NCBI GenBank assembly: GCA_963707935.1
Contig: CAVPRN010000001.1
Span: 145,554 to 209,553 of the forward strand
Direction of reading: 5' to 3'
Origin: an uncultured Acidobacteriota bacterium
GTDB lineage: Bacteria; Acidobacteriota; Thermoanaerobaculia; UBA5066; Gp7-AA6
Length of the DNA stretch: 64,000 bases
The position numbers were made by a program, and so were the translations under genes. The notes under the pieces are model-generated. The model saw only the letters and a list, made by a program, of their open reading frames with translations, ran no database searches and had not been told where the DNA came from. The first letter of the stretch is position 1; the number at the start of each line of letters is the position of its first letter. This document shows, piece after piece, positions 1 through 11,130 of this stretch.

Positions 1-2356
1 TCTCCCGACGCGCCTCGGGCACGCACGCTCGGATACGCCGTCCCGAGCAGTTTCCAGAAAGCGTTCTGGACCCTCCAGAGCCGGACCGGAAAAGGGAATC
101 GGCGGGCGAGCTCGACGGCCTGCCGGAGTGTCGAGAGACGCTCCGGGTCCTCGGGCTCGGCGGCGACCGCGAGGCAGAGCCTCTCGAGCCGCGCCCGCAA
201 CAGGTACTCGAGCGTCTCGGAGTCGAGCGGCATTTTTGCCCGAGCGGCTTCCTCGAGAAGAAGTCGGATCTTTTCCTCGTCGAGAGCGTCGGCCTCCAGG
301 GCGTGGCGCAGGCCCGAGTTCAAGACGAATCCGGCGGTCGCGCGGAAGACGCGCGGTGCGGGAGTGCCGAGGTCCGCCAAAAAGCGGAGCAGCGGCAGAT
401 TGCGCTCGTGCACCCGACGCAGCGTCTCCTCAGCCTCCTCCCGGGTGGCCTCGAGGATGATGTGCAGGATCCGGCGCTGCTCATCGCGAAAGAGATCCTT
501 CAGAGAGAGGACGTGCTCTCCGAAGCCGGTGTCCAGAAGGCGCAGGACCTCCGGCACGTCGGCGCGCGAGAAAGCCTGGAGCACGCCGGCCGCGAGACTC
601 TCGGTGTCGGTGTCCCGGGACGTCCGCCGAACGCCTCCGTGGATGTTGTGGTCTCCGAGGTGCAGCGCGCCGAAGGCGACGCGCTCCGACTCTCCGGTGA
701 TCTCCGAGGCGATCCGCGCGCCGCCGACGACGAGCTTCATCCGGCCCTCTTCGGCCGTCCGAAAGTCCTCCCGCTCGACGTCGTAGCAATACACGCGCGA
801 CCGCGGGCCGTCGGTTTCGAAGAGGGCGGAAACGGCGTAGTGGCCTCCGACCCGCGCGAGGTCCACCCGCTTGCCGCGGACGTGGCGGTCGTAAACGCGC
901 TGTCCGTCCCCTTCCTCGAGCTTGTTGCTCGACGCGGCCTCGAGATCGCGCACGAAGGGCTCCTCGAACGAGCCCCCGAAGAGCTCTTCGGCGAGTTGAA
1001 CGACTCTCCCGGCATACCTCATTACCTGCACCGTCTCGATGCCGGCGAGATCGTGGAAAAACCAGCCGCAGCTCGTGTACTGGAGCAGGGCGTGGCGCTC
1101 GAGCTCGAGAAGCTTCCGCGCCCGGATCCGTTCCTCGGGCGAGAGTGGGCGGGCGGCCTGCCTCTCGAAAAAGCGCGCCAGGCTCTCCGGCGATCGGTCG
1201 AGCACGACCTCGACGTACGCGTCCCGCGCGCCCCACGGGTCGGAGAGTAGGGCCGCGGCCTCTCGCTCGTACAGCGGGTCCACGCGGTCGCGCAGCCGGT
1301 CGAGCGCCCGCCGCAGCGGCGCGCGCCAGGACTGATTCCACGACGGCTGGGAGCCGGTCGAGCAGCCGCAGTCGCTCCGCCACCGCTCGACGCCGTGGGC
1401 GCAGCTCCAGGACGTGTTCTCGCGGATCTCGACCTCCGCCGACGGCGGGTATTTCTCGAGGTGCTCGCCGTAGTTGGTCAGCACGACGTCGCCGCTCGCG
1501 GCGATCGAGCGCAGGGCGTACGCGAGCGCCATATCGCCGTGGGGATGGTGATGGCCGTACGTCTCGCCGTCCGTCGCGATGTTGACGAGGCGCGGTCGGT
1601 CCTCGTCCGCCGGAAAGGCCCGAGTCAGGCGTGCGGCGAGGTCCCGCCCGCTGTGGAGGAGGCCGCCGAAGGCGACCTCGCGCGAGATCGGGCCGTCATA
1701 GAAGAAGAGCTCGATCGTCCGGCCGGAGGGGAGCGCGAGCCGATACGGCCGGGTCGGGTCGATTCCGCCCAGCCCGACTTCCCGCCAGGCGCTCTCTCCG
1801 TCGGCCCGCCACCGCAGCGCCTGCGCGGGATCGAGCAGAGTGAAGCGGATGCCCGCCGCCGCCAGGGCCTCGAGGCTCGGAAGATCCACCGCGGTCTCGG
1901 GCAGCCACATCCCCTCGGGCTCCCGCCCGAAGCGGTGGCGGAAATCGGCGATTCCCCAGAGCACCTGGGTCCGCCGGTCGCGCGCGCTCGCGAGCGGCAG
2001 GATGACGTGGTTGTACGCCTGCGCGAAGGCCGAGCCGTGCCCCGAGAAGCGCCCGCGGCTCTCCCGGTCGGCGTCGAGCACCGCCGCGTAGACGTCGGGC
2101 GCGCGGGGCTCGAGCCAGGAGAGGAGTGTCGGCCCGAAGTCGAAGCTGATGCGCGAGTAGTTGTTGACGATCTCGACGATTCGGTCCTGCTCGTCCAGGA
2201 TCCGGGAAGCGGCGTTGGCCGCGTAGCACTGGTCGGTGATGCGCTCGTTCCAGTCGTGATACGGGTAGGCGGAGTCCTGGACCTCGATCGCTTCGAGCCA
2301 GGGACTCTCGCGGGGCGGTTGGTAGAAGTGGCCGTGGATGCAGACGAAGCGCGGCA

Positions 2357-2357
<1 letters not shown>
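1..2357 (-). CDS. Glycoside hydrolase family 57 protein (alpha-amylase/branching-enzyme-like, long C-terminal extension). The 3-prime end runs off the window.
   Basis: My own translation from the ATG at 2357..2355 gives MPRFVCIHGHFYQPPRESPWLEAIEVQDSAYPYHDWNERITDQCY...AYNHVILPLAS...MWLPETAV...NIATDGETYGHHH, which are typical GH57 motifs. The frame stays open to position 1, which explains why it is missing from the complete-ORF track. The ATG overlaps the glgB stop (ATGA). Confidence 0.8.
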
Positions 2358-4417
<2,060 letters not shown>

Positions 4418-4454
4418 GCGGAGCCCCTTCCGCCGAGCCCGATCGCCCGGCGGC

Positions 4455-4676
4455 TCAGTCCTTCTTCCCGGGAAGGAGGACGAAGACGAGGCCGATGACG
4501 CCGGCGCCGAGACAGAGCCAGCGCGTCGTCTCCCAGCCCTCTTTCTTGCTCCGTTCGGAGCTCGAGAACGTGGACTTCAACGCCCCTTCCACAGAGTCGT
4601 AACCCTTGCGCTGGCTCGACGAAATCACGAATCCGACGATGCCGAGCACGAGAAGTATCAGTCCGATGCGCCGCAT
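4455..4676 (-). CDS. Small two-TM membrane protein (DUF3185-like)
   Basis: 73 aa with two hydrophobic helices (IGLILLVLGIVGFVI and WLCLGAGVIGLVFVLL) flanking a polar loop. The family assignment is from memory only. Confidence 0.5.
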   Translation of the reverse strand: MRRIGLILLVLGIVGFVISSSQRKGYDSVEGALKSTFSSSERSKKEGWETTRWLCLGAGVIGLVFVLLPGKKD

Positions 4677-4695
4677 GGGTTCCCTCCTCCCGTCC

Positions 4696-5022
4696 TCAGT
4701 ACTTCCGCATCGACCGGTCGACTCGCTCCGCCCAGGCGTTGACGCCGCCGTCGAGATTCACGGCCTTGTCGTATCCCATCTGCTGGAGAAACTGTACGGC
4801 GCTGGCGCTGCGCCCGCCCGAGCGGCAGTACACGACGAGGTCCCGGTCTTTCGGAATCTTGTCGAGGCTCTTCGGCAGCGACTGGAGCGGCACCTTGATC
4901 GCGTCCGGCAGGTCCGAGAGCGCGTACTCGTGCGGCTCCCGGACGTCGAGCAGGGCCGGCGACTCTCCCCGATCGCGTTTCGCTTTGAGATCCTCGACGC
5001 TGATCTGCGGAATCCCCGCCAT
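4696..5022 (-). CDS. Single-domain rhodanese (sulfurtransferase)
   Basis: 108 aa. Active-site loop VVYCRSGGRSA and a LLDVREPHEY motif. The C-terminus is similar to the rhodanese module of the E1 fusion upstream. Confidence 0.85.
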   Translation of the reverse strand: MAGIPQISVEDLKAKRDRGESPALLDVREPHEYALSDLPDAIKVPLQSLPKSLDKIPKDRDLVVYCRSGGRSASAVQFLQQMGYDKAVNLDGGVNAWAERVDRSMRKY

Positions 5023-5114
5023 GGAGGAAAGATAGCACCGAGCACGTCGCTTCGGCTTGCTCGACTCATGCCGCGAAGTTGGAAACTCGGTGGGCGAAAA
5101 CCTCCACCATCTTG

Positions 5115-5197
5115 GTAGGGGCGGGCCCTCGCGGCCGCCCGGCGTCGCAGTCGTGGCACGTCAGAAGCCGGCGGGCGGGGACGAGCCCCGCCCCTAC
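5115..5197. repeat. GC-rich palindromic (REP-like) element
   Basis: GTAGGGGCGGG at 5115-5125 pairs with CCCGCCCCTAC at 5187-5197. The inner hairpin GCGGGCGGGGACGAGCCCCGCCC recurs in the opposite orientation at 49894-49920. Confidence 0.5.
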
Positions 5198-5439
5198 ACG
5201 AGGAGGGCGACTCGTTGGAGTTGGCGGAACAACCGCTCGCAACGCGACCAAGCTTCGCGAAGTTCACCGAGCGAAGCGACTCGCGTTGCGGGAGCCGGAG
5301 CGCAGCGAGCGAATCAGGCGAGCGGTCGAGCGCGCATCCGCGCGAGCCGCGAGCCGGTGGCGGCCGCCGCCGCTTCATTTGGACGAATGCTGCGTTGACT
5401 GCGGCGGCCGCCAGATTCGCGAGCAAGCGAAGGCGACGG

Positions 5440-6879
5440 CTAGTACTTCGGCATCCTCGGATCGATCCGCTCCGCCCAGGCCAGGATGCCGCCGGCGAGG
5501 TTCCGGACGCGGCGAAATCCGGCCTCCCGAAGCTGCGCCACGGCCTTGGCGCTCCGGGAGCCCGTTCGGCAGTGCACGACGATGTCGTCCGCCGTCGAGA
5601 GCCGGTGGAGATTCGCGGTCAGGTGTCCGAGCGGGATCTTCACGGAGTCCGGGAGTGCGCAGATCGCGATCTCGTGCGGCTCGCGCACGTCCACGAGGAC
5701 GAAAGCGTCGCCCCGCTTCCGCATCGCCGAGAGCTCTTCGACCGAGATCTCGGGCACGCCGCTCCCGGCGGACGCGTCTTCCTCCCCGACGCCGCAGAAG
5801 GCCTCGTAATCGATGAGCTTCGTGACGCTCGGGTTCGGGCCGCAGACGACGCACTGCGGGTTCTTCCGGAGCTTCAACTCCCGGAACTTCATCGAGAGCG
5901 CGTCGACCAAGAGAAGCCTCCCGACGAGCGGGTCGCCGCCGCCGAGGATCAACTTGATCGTCTCGGTCGCCTGGATCACGCCGAGCAGCCCCGGCAGGAT
6001 CCCGAGAACGCCCCCTTCGGCGCAGGAGGGGACGAGGCCGGGCGGCGGCGGCTCGGAGTAGAGGCAGCGGTAGCAGGGGCCCTTCTCCGCCCAGAAGACC
6101 GAGGCCTGCCCCTCGAAACGGAAGATCGAGGCGTAGACGTTGGGCTTGCCCGAGAGCACGCAGGCGTCGTTCACGAGATAGCGGGTCGGGAAGTTGTCCG
6201 TGCCGTCGGCGACGACGTCGAAGTCGCGCACGATCTCGAGCGCGTTCTCGGAGGTCAGCCGCTCCTCGAACGGAACGACCTCGACGTTCGGGTTCAGATC
6301 GCGCAAGCGCCGAACGGCGGCCGGGAGCTTGGGCTTGCCGACGTCCGAAGTGCCGAAGAGGATCTGGCGGTGGAGGTTCGAGTCGTCCACGACGTCGAAG
6401 TCCACGAGGCCGATCGTTCCGACTCCGGCGGCGGCGAGGTAGACGGCGAGCGGCGAGCCGAGCCCGCCGGTTCCGACCGCGAGCACCCGCGCCGCCTTCA
6501 GCTTCTTCTGCCCCTCGAGCCCCACCTCCGGCATGATCAAGTGGCGCGAGTACCGGCGGATCTCCTCGTTCGAGAGCGCGGCGGGTTCGATCGCCGCCGG
6601 CGGCGCGGCGCCTCCCGCGATCGACGGGATGATCGAGAGCGAGTCCTGCGGCGCGAGCGCTGTCGCCCCCTTCTCGAGGTAGCGCACGTCCTCGTCGTTC
6701 CGATAGACGTTCACGAAGGAGCGCAGGCGCCCCGTCTCGTCGAAGAGGTGCCGCTCGAGCGCCGCGTGGCGGGAGACGAGCGAGGCGAGCGCCTCTTCGA
6801 CCGTCGCGCCGGTGACCTCCACACTCGCTTCTCCGCCGGCGTAGGGTCGAAGCGGGGTCGGCAGAAGGATCTTCGGCAT
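5440..6879 (-). CDS. Tri-domain fusion: CysO/MoaD/ThiS-like ubiquitin-fold sulfur carrier + MoeZ/MoeB-type E1 adenylyltransferase + rhodanese
   Basis: I take the start as the ATG at 6879 (GAGGAG RBS), not the 7005 start in the track.
- aa 1-90 end in SIIPSIAGG (Gly-Gly codons at 6615..6610).
- E1 core: LAVGTGGLGSP, CYRC...CVVC zinc motifs and the SCAEGGVLG catalytic Cys loop.
- C-terminal rhodanese: VVHCRTGSRSA. Confidence 0.85.
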   Translation of the reverse strand: MPKILLPTPLRPYAGGEASVEVTGATVEEALASLVSRHAALERHLFDETGRLRSFVNVYRNDEDVRYLEKGATALAPQDSLSIIPSIAGGAAPPAAIEPAALSNEEIRRYSRHLIMPEVGLEGQKKLKAARVLAVGTGGLGSPLAVYLAAAGVGTIGLVDFDVVDDSNLHRQILFGTSDVGKPKLPAAVRRLRDLNPNVEVVPFEERLTSENALEIVRDFDVVADGTDNFPTRYLVNDACVLSGKPNVYASIFRFEGQASVFWAEKGPCYRCLYSEPPPPGLVPSCAEGGVLGILPGLLGVIQATETIKLILGGGDPLVGRLLLVDALSMKFRELKLRKNPQCVVCGPNPSVTKLIDYEAFCGVGEEDASAGSGVPEISVEELSAMRKRGDAFVLVDVREPHEIAICALPDSVKIPLGHLTANLHRLSTADDIVVHCRTGSRSAKAVAQLREAGFRRVRNLAGGILAWAERIDPRMPKY

Positions 6880-6889
6880 CGGAACTCCT

Positions 6890-7321
6890 CTAGTCCGAAC
6901 CCTCGGCCGGGAGCAGTTCCTCCCGCGCGAAGGCCCCGCGGTCCTCCGAGAGAACGAAGGAGCCCATTTCCCTCGGTTCTCCCGAAGCGACCGCCAGGAC
7001 AACATAATGGAAGAACGGGAGCGCGTGTTCCCGGTCGTAATCGGACGGCACGGCCGGGTGGTCCGGGTGGGAGTGGTAGAAGCCGAGGAGGTCCCGTCCC
7101 CGCTTCCGCGCCAGGGACTCGAGTCTCCGGTATTCCCCCGGCTCGATCGAGAACCGGCGCCGGCGCTCGACGCGCCGCGAGTTCTCGACCGGTTCGGCCT
7201 CGGCCACGAAGGCTTCCTCCCCTTCCGCGCCGCCGAAAAGCGCCCCGCAGCACTCCTCCGGATAGGCGGTCCGCCCGTGCTCGCGGATGGCGGCCTCGGC
7301 CGATCGCGAGATGCGAATCAC
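6890..7321 (-). CDS. JAMM/MPN+ metalloprotease (Mec+-like)
   Basis: GTG start at 7321 overlaps the cysM stop (GTGA). The Arg-rich upstream extension in the track (to 7630) lies inside cysM and is spurious. Motifs: EECCGAL (Glu) and HSHPDHPAVPSDYD (HxHx7Sx2D). Confidence 0.8.
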   Translation of the reverse strand: MIRISRSAEAAIREHGRTAYPEECCGALFGGAEGEEAFVAEAEPVENSRRVERRRRFSIEPGEYRRLESLARKRGRDLLGFYHSHPDHPAVPSDYDREHALPFFHYVVLAVASGEPREMGSFVLSEDRGAFAREELLPAEGSD

Positions 7322-8277
7322 GGCGCGCTCCAGAAATCGTGCGAGAGGTAGCGTCCCCCGCCGTCGCCGAGCACGGTCACGATCGCGGCGGGAAGCGAGG
7401 TCTCCCGGGCGACCGAGAGCGCCGCGGCGACGTTGGCCCCCGACGAAGGGCCGACGAAGATCCCCTCCTCGCGCGCGAGTCGGCGGCACATCGCGTACGC
7501 GTCTTCCGTCGGGACCGCGACGCGAAGATCCGGGGCCGACGGATCCCAGATCGCCGGCACGAGGGCCGACGGCAGATGTTTCATCCCCTCGAGGCCGTGG
7601 AGCGGCCCGTCCGGCTCGACGGCGACGCACCGGATCGAGAGCGCCCGCCGCTTCAAGTACCGGGTCACGCCCACGAACGTCCCGGAGGTCCCGATTCCCG
7701 CGACGAAGTGCGTCAGGCGGCCGCCGGTCTGCTCCCAGATCTCCGGCCCCGTCGTGTCGAAGTGCGCCCGCCAGTTCGCGGGATTCGAGTACTGGTCCGG
7801 GTAGAAGTAGCGGCCGGGGTGCTTCGCCACGAGCTCGCGCGCCTTGCGGATCGCGCCGTCGGTCCCTTCGAGCGGATCGGTCCGCACGATCTCGGCGCCG
7901 AAAGCGCTCAGGATCCCCTGCCGCTCGGCCGAGGCGTTCGCGGGAAGACAGATCGTGACCGGGAAGCCCAGGGCGCGCCCGAGCATCGCGTCGGCGATGC
8001 CGGTGTTCCCGGAGGTCGCCTCGAGAATCGTGCGGCCGGGGCGCAGGAGCCCCGAGACGAGCCCGTCTCGGAGCATCGCGCGCGCCGGGCGGTCCTTGAC
8101 GCTGCCGCCGGGGTTCAAGAATTCCGCCTTCGCGTAGAGCGAGAGACCGCGCACGTCGGCCGCGATGCGGCGGAGCTCGAGGAGCGGCGTTCCGCCGACG
8201 GCGTCGAGGAGCCGGACCGCGCGCGGATCGATCTCCGGCCGCAGGACCGGCGTCTCGATCTCCGCCGTTACCATCAT
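7318..8277 (-). CDS. cysM: PLP-dependent cysteine synthase, CysM-type (probably uses the thiocarboxylated carrier)
   Basis: 319 aa. Motifs NPGGSVKDR (PLP lysine), TSGNTG and GIGTSGT. The operon context (JAMM plus Ubl-E1) matches the mycobacterial CysO/CysM/Mec logic. Confidence 0.85.
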   Translation of the reverse strand: MMVTAEIETPVLRPEIDPRAVRLLDAVGGTPLLELRRIAADVRGLSLYAKAEFLNPGGSVKDRPARAMLRDGLVSGLLRPGRTILEATSGNTGIADAMLGRALGFPVTICLPANASAERQGILSAFGAEIVRTDPLEGTDGAIRKARELVAKHPGRYFYPDQYSNPANWRAHFDTTGPEIWEQTGGRLTHFVAGIGTSGTFVGVTRYLKRRALSIRCVAVEPDGPLHGLEGMKHLPSALVPAIWDPSAPDLRVAVPTEDAYAMCRRLAREEGIFVGPSSGANVAAALSVARETSLPAAIVTVLGDGGGRYLSHDFWSAP

Positions 8278-8470
8278 GACTTGCCCTCGAACTTCATCTG
8301 TGGCTCCGAACCTCCGGAAAACAAAAAAGCCCGCCGTCCGGCGGGCTCGGTGGTTGTCTCTGTTTTGCTGACTAGGGCGTACCGAGTCCTGCCGGACCCC
8401 GCGGGGTCGCGCAACGACAACAGCAGCCGGCCACCCGATCCGCCATCGAGTCTCTTTTAGCGCCGGCGCG
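8278..8470 (-). promoter_or_regulatory. Structured 5-prime leader of the cysM operon (candidate attenuator or riboswitch, class unknown)
   Basis: About 190 nt of untranslated GC-rich sequence containing hairpins (for example GACCCCGCGGGGTC). It ends in an intrinsic terminator about 40 nt before the cysM ATG. A 7-codon uORF (8297..8274, MKFEGKS) has its stop overlapping the cysM ATG. Confidence 0.35.
8318..8346 (-). terminator. Rho-independent terminator
   Basis: The minus strand reads GCCCGCC-GGAC-GGCGGGC followed by TTTTTTGTTTT: a 7-bp GC stem, a 4-nt loop and a U-tract. Confidence 0.6.
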
Positions 8471-8482
8471 GGCGGGTGTCAA

Positions 8483-8576
8483 GTGAGCGCAGGATTCAGG
8501 AATCCGGATTCAGGATTCAGGAAGGTTGGTATTCACCCCAACTCCTGAATCCTGAATCCCGAATCCTTCTCTCACG
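8483..8576. repeat. Long palindromic element built from GGATTC(A/C)GG octamer repeats
   Basis: Left arm AGGATTCAGGAATCCGGATTCAGGATTCAGGAAGGTTGG; right arm CCAACTCCTGAATCCTGAATCCCGAATCCT. It overlaps the stop of the methyltransferase gene. A related copy lies at 58494-58558. Confidence 0.6.
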
Positions 8577-9222
8577 CCTTGTCGAGCTCGAGCCGCCAGG
8601 TCGAGCCGCGGCGCGTCGCCTGGAGCTCGCCGAAGGGGGTCTCCCGGACGATCGGCCGCACCTTCTCGTCGATCTCCCCCTCCGAGAGCCCGTGGGTGCG
8701 CGCCATCAGGCGCTGGAAGTAGGCGGGCACGCGCAGCCAGCCCCAGAGCGGCGCGTGGTCCTGATGGATCTCGACGTCCGCGGCCTCGGCGTCGGGCTCG
8801 TAGATCCAGAAGCGTCCGCCGGGAGAAAGCAGCGTGTGCACCGCCTCGAGCCCCATCCGCGGCTCCTCCCAGTGATGAAACGACAGGACCGAAACCGCGA
8901 AGTCGAAACGCCGATCGAAGAAGGGTTCTTCGACTTTCCCCTCTCGAAACTCGAGGTTCGGCAGTAAGGGCCCGCGGCGCGCCTGCTCGAGCATCGCCGG
9001 CGAAGAATCGAGTCCCACGACATGCAGCTTCGGGTTCGCCGCTGCGAGCAGCCGCGCGAGCTTGCCCGGCCCGCAGCCGACGTCGAGCAGCCTCCCCTCT
9101 TCGATCGGAATCTCCGCCCCCACCCGACGGTAGAGCGGCGAGAGCGCGGGCTCGGCCCAGCGCCGATAGAAGAAGGACGCGATCGCGCCGAAGCGCTCGG
9201 GGTGGGCCCCCTTGAGGTTCAT
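8572..9222 (-). CDS. Class I SAM-dependent methyltransferase
   Basis: ATG at 9222 (MNLKGAHPERF...). Motif I is LLDVGCGPGKL. The remainder of the 625-aa track ORF is antisense to pruA. Confidence 0.85.
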   Translation of the reverse strand: MNLKGAHPERFGAIASFFYRRWAEPALSPLYRRVGAEIPIEEGRLLDVGCGPGKLARLLAAANPKLHVVGLDSSPAMLEQARRGPLLPNLEFREGKVEEPFFDRRFDFAVSVLSFHHWEEPRMGLEAVHTLLSPGGRFWIYEPDAEAADVEIHQDHAPLWGWLRVPAYFQRLMARTHGLSEGEIDEKVRPIVRETPFGELQATRRGSTWRLELDKA

Positions 9223-9357
9223 TCGGTTGCTGCGCGTAATGATACCGGCGAGCGCGCCTCTTTCATCCACGATCGGATCTCCCGTCCGCCGCGTCGGCCG
9301 GGGGGCCCCCGAGGCGCTTGCGCGATCTGGTACATTTCGGCATTCGGAGGTACGCCC

Positions 9358-10940
9358 TTGCTTCCGGAGTTTCGAAACGAGCCCTTCACGGACTTCGCCC
9401 AGGAGGCCAATCGCAAGGCCTTCGCCGAGGCCCTGAAGACCGTCCAGGCGCGCCTCCCGATCTCCGGCAAGAACCGGATCGGCGGAAAGCCGGTCGGTTC
9501 GGCGAAGACGTTCGAGTCGGTCAACCCGTGCGATCCCAAGCAGGTCATCGGCCGCTTCGCCGCCGGCTCGGCCCAGGACGCGCGCCGCGCGATCGACGCC
9601 GCCGCGAAGGCGTTCCCCGCCTGGAGCGCGCTGCCCGCCTCGGAGCGCGTGGCCGCGATTCTGCGCATCTCCGCGATCCTGCGCCGGCGCAAGCACGAGT
9701 TCTCCGCCATGATGGTGCTCGAGGAGTCGAAGTCCTGGGCCGAGGCCGACGGCGACACCGCCGAGGCGATCGACTTCTGCGAGTTCTACGCGCGCGAGGC
9801 GGAGCGCCTGGCCGAGCCGCAGCCCCTGACGCCCTATCCCGGCGAGCGGAACGAGCTCGAGTTCATTCCGCTCGGCGTCTGCGCCGTCATCCCGCCCTGG
9901 AACTTCCCGCTCGCCATCCTGACCGGCATGACGACGGCCGCGCTCGTCACCGGCAACACCGTCGTGTTCAAGCCCTCCTCCGACGCCGCGGGCATCGCGA
10001 CGATGTTCGTCGAGGCGTGCGAGGAGGCCGGGCTTCCCGACGGGGTCCTGAACTTCGTCACGGGCGGCGGCTCGACGGTCGGCAACGCGCTCGTCGAGAG
10101 CCCGAAGACGCGGCTCATCGCCTTCACCGGCTCGCGCGAGGTCGGCGTCGAGATCTCCGAGAAGGCCGGCAAGGTCGTCCCCGGGCAGATCTGGATCAAG
10201 CGCGCCATTCTCGAGATGGGGGGCAAGGACTTCATCTTCGTGGACGAGACGGCCGACCTCGAGGACGCCGCCAACGGCGTGGTCGCCGCGGCTTTCGGTT
10301 TCCAGGGCCAGAAGTGCTCGGCCTGCTCGCGGCTGATCGTGCACCAGAAGGTGCACAAGACCGCTCCTCGCGAAGATCGTCGCGAAGACAAAGGCGCTCA
10401 CCGTCGGGGACGTGCGCGACCCGAAGAACACGGTCGGCGCCGTCATCAACGCCGCGCGCGCAGAAGAAGATCCTCGACTACGTCGCGATCGGGAAGAAGG
10501 AAGGCCGCATCGTCGCGGGCGGCAAGGCCGGCCCGAAGTCGGGATACTTCGTGATGCCGACGATCGTGGACGGCATCAAGCCGCGCCACCGGCTGGCCCA
10601 GGAGGAGATCTTCGGGCCGGTGCTCGCGGTGCATGCCGGTCAAGAGCTTCGAGGAGGGGATCGCGGTCGCCAACGGCACCGAGTACGGGCTGACCGGCTC
10701 GCTCTACTCGAACGACCGCAAGCGCCTCGAGCGCGGCAAGCGCGAGCTCTTCATGTCGGCAACCTGTACCTGAACCGCAAGTGCACGGGCGCGCTCGTCG
10801 GCGTCCACCCCTTCGGCGGCTTCAACATGTCCGGCACGGACTCCAAGGCCGGCGGCCGCGAGTACCTCTATCTCTTCACGCAGGCAAAGCCGATCGTCGG
10901 AGAAGCTCTGACGGAGCCGCTTTCCGGTGTCTGGAGGAAT
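9358..10940 (+). pseudogene. pruA: 1-pyrroline-5-carboxylate (L-glutamate gamma-semialdehyde) dehydrogenase, disrupted by at least 4 frameshifts
   Basis: TTG start at 9358 after a GGAGG RBS (LPEFRNEPFTDF...). ALDH motifs are present: FTGSREVG, EMGGKD, FGFQGQKCSACSR.
The reading frame switches near 10358, 10455, 10632 and 10757. At the last site the expected FHVGNLY reads ttcatgtc, which looks like one missing c.
No stop separates the C-terminus from the next small ORF, so the 3-prime end is uncertain. Confidence 0.8.
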
Positions 10941-10943
10941 GCC

Positions 10944-11123
10944 ATGTTCCGACTGATCTGGCTCGCCGTCCTGATCCTCGATCTCGTGGCGCTCGTCTCC
11001 CTCCTGAAGAGCGGCGCCGACACCGGGACGAAGATCCTCTGGGTCCTGCTGATCGTGCTGCTGCCGCTCGTCGGGATGATCCTCTACTTCCTGATGGGCC
11101 CGGGCCGGAAGACGGCCGTCTAG
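10944..11123 (+). CDS. PLDc_N-type small membrane protein
   Basis: ATG at 10944 with a GGAGGA RBS. 59 aa, two TM helices: MFRLIWLAVLILDLVALVSLLKSGADTGTKILWVLLIVLLPLVGMILYFLMGPG. Confidence 0.6.
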   Translation: MFRLIWLAVLILDLVALVSLLKSGADTGTKILWVLLIVLLPLVGMILYFLMGPGRKTAV

Positions 11124-11130
11124 ACCGCAG

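Noticed and set aside
5215-8460. 1081-aa + strand ORF spanning the cysM/JAMM/E1 region
   Set aside because: It is Arg/Gly/Pro/Asp-rich with low complexity and lies antisense to three well-supported minus-strand genes. This is a typical GC-rich antisense open frame.
8278-8470. Naming the cysM leader as a SAM-I, SAM-II, SAM-IV or SAH riboswitch
   Set aside because: I could not find the diagnostic conserved segments of these classes from memory (for example GCAACC, GGUGC, or GGCGCUCAC-type elements). It is therefore reported only as an unclassified leader.
8483-8576. GGATTC-unit repeats as a possible CRISPR array
   Set aside because: The units are 8 nt, directly abutting and arranged as one large palindrome. 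There are no spacers of 25-40 nt and no cas genes.
9223-10449. N-terminal 409 codons of the 625-aa ORF 8572..10449
   Set aside because: They are antisense to pruA. The methyltransferase starts at the ATG at 9222.
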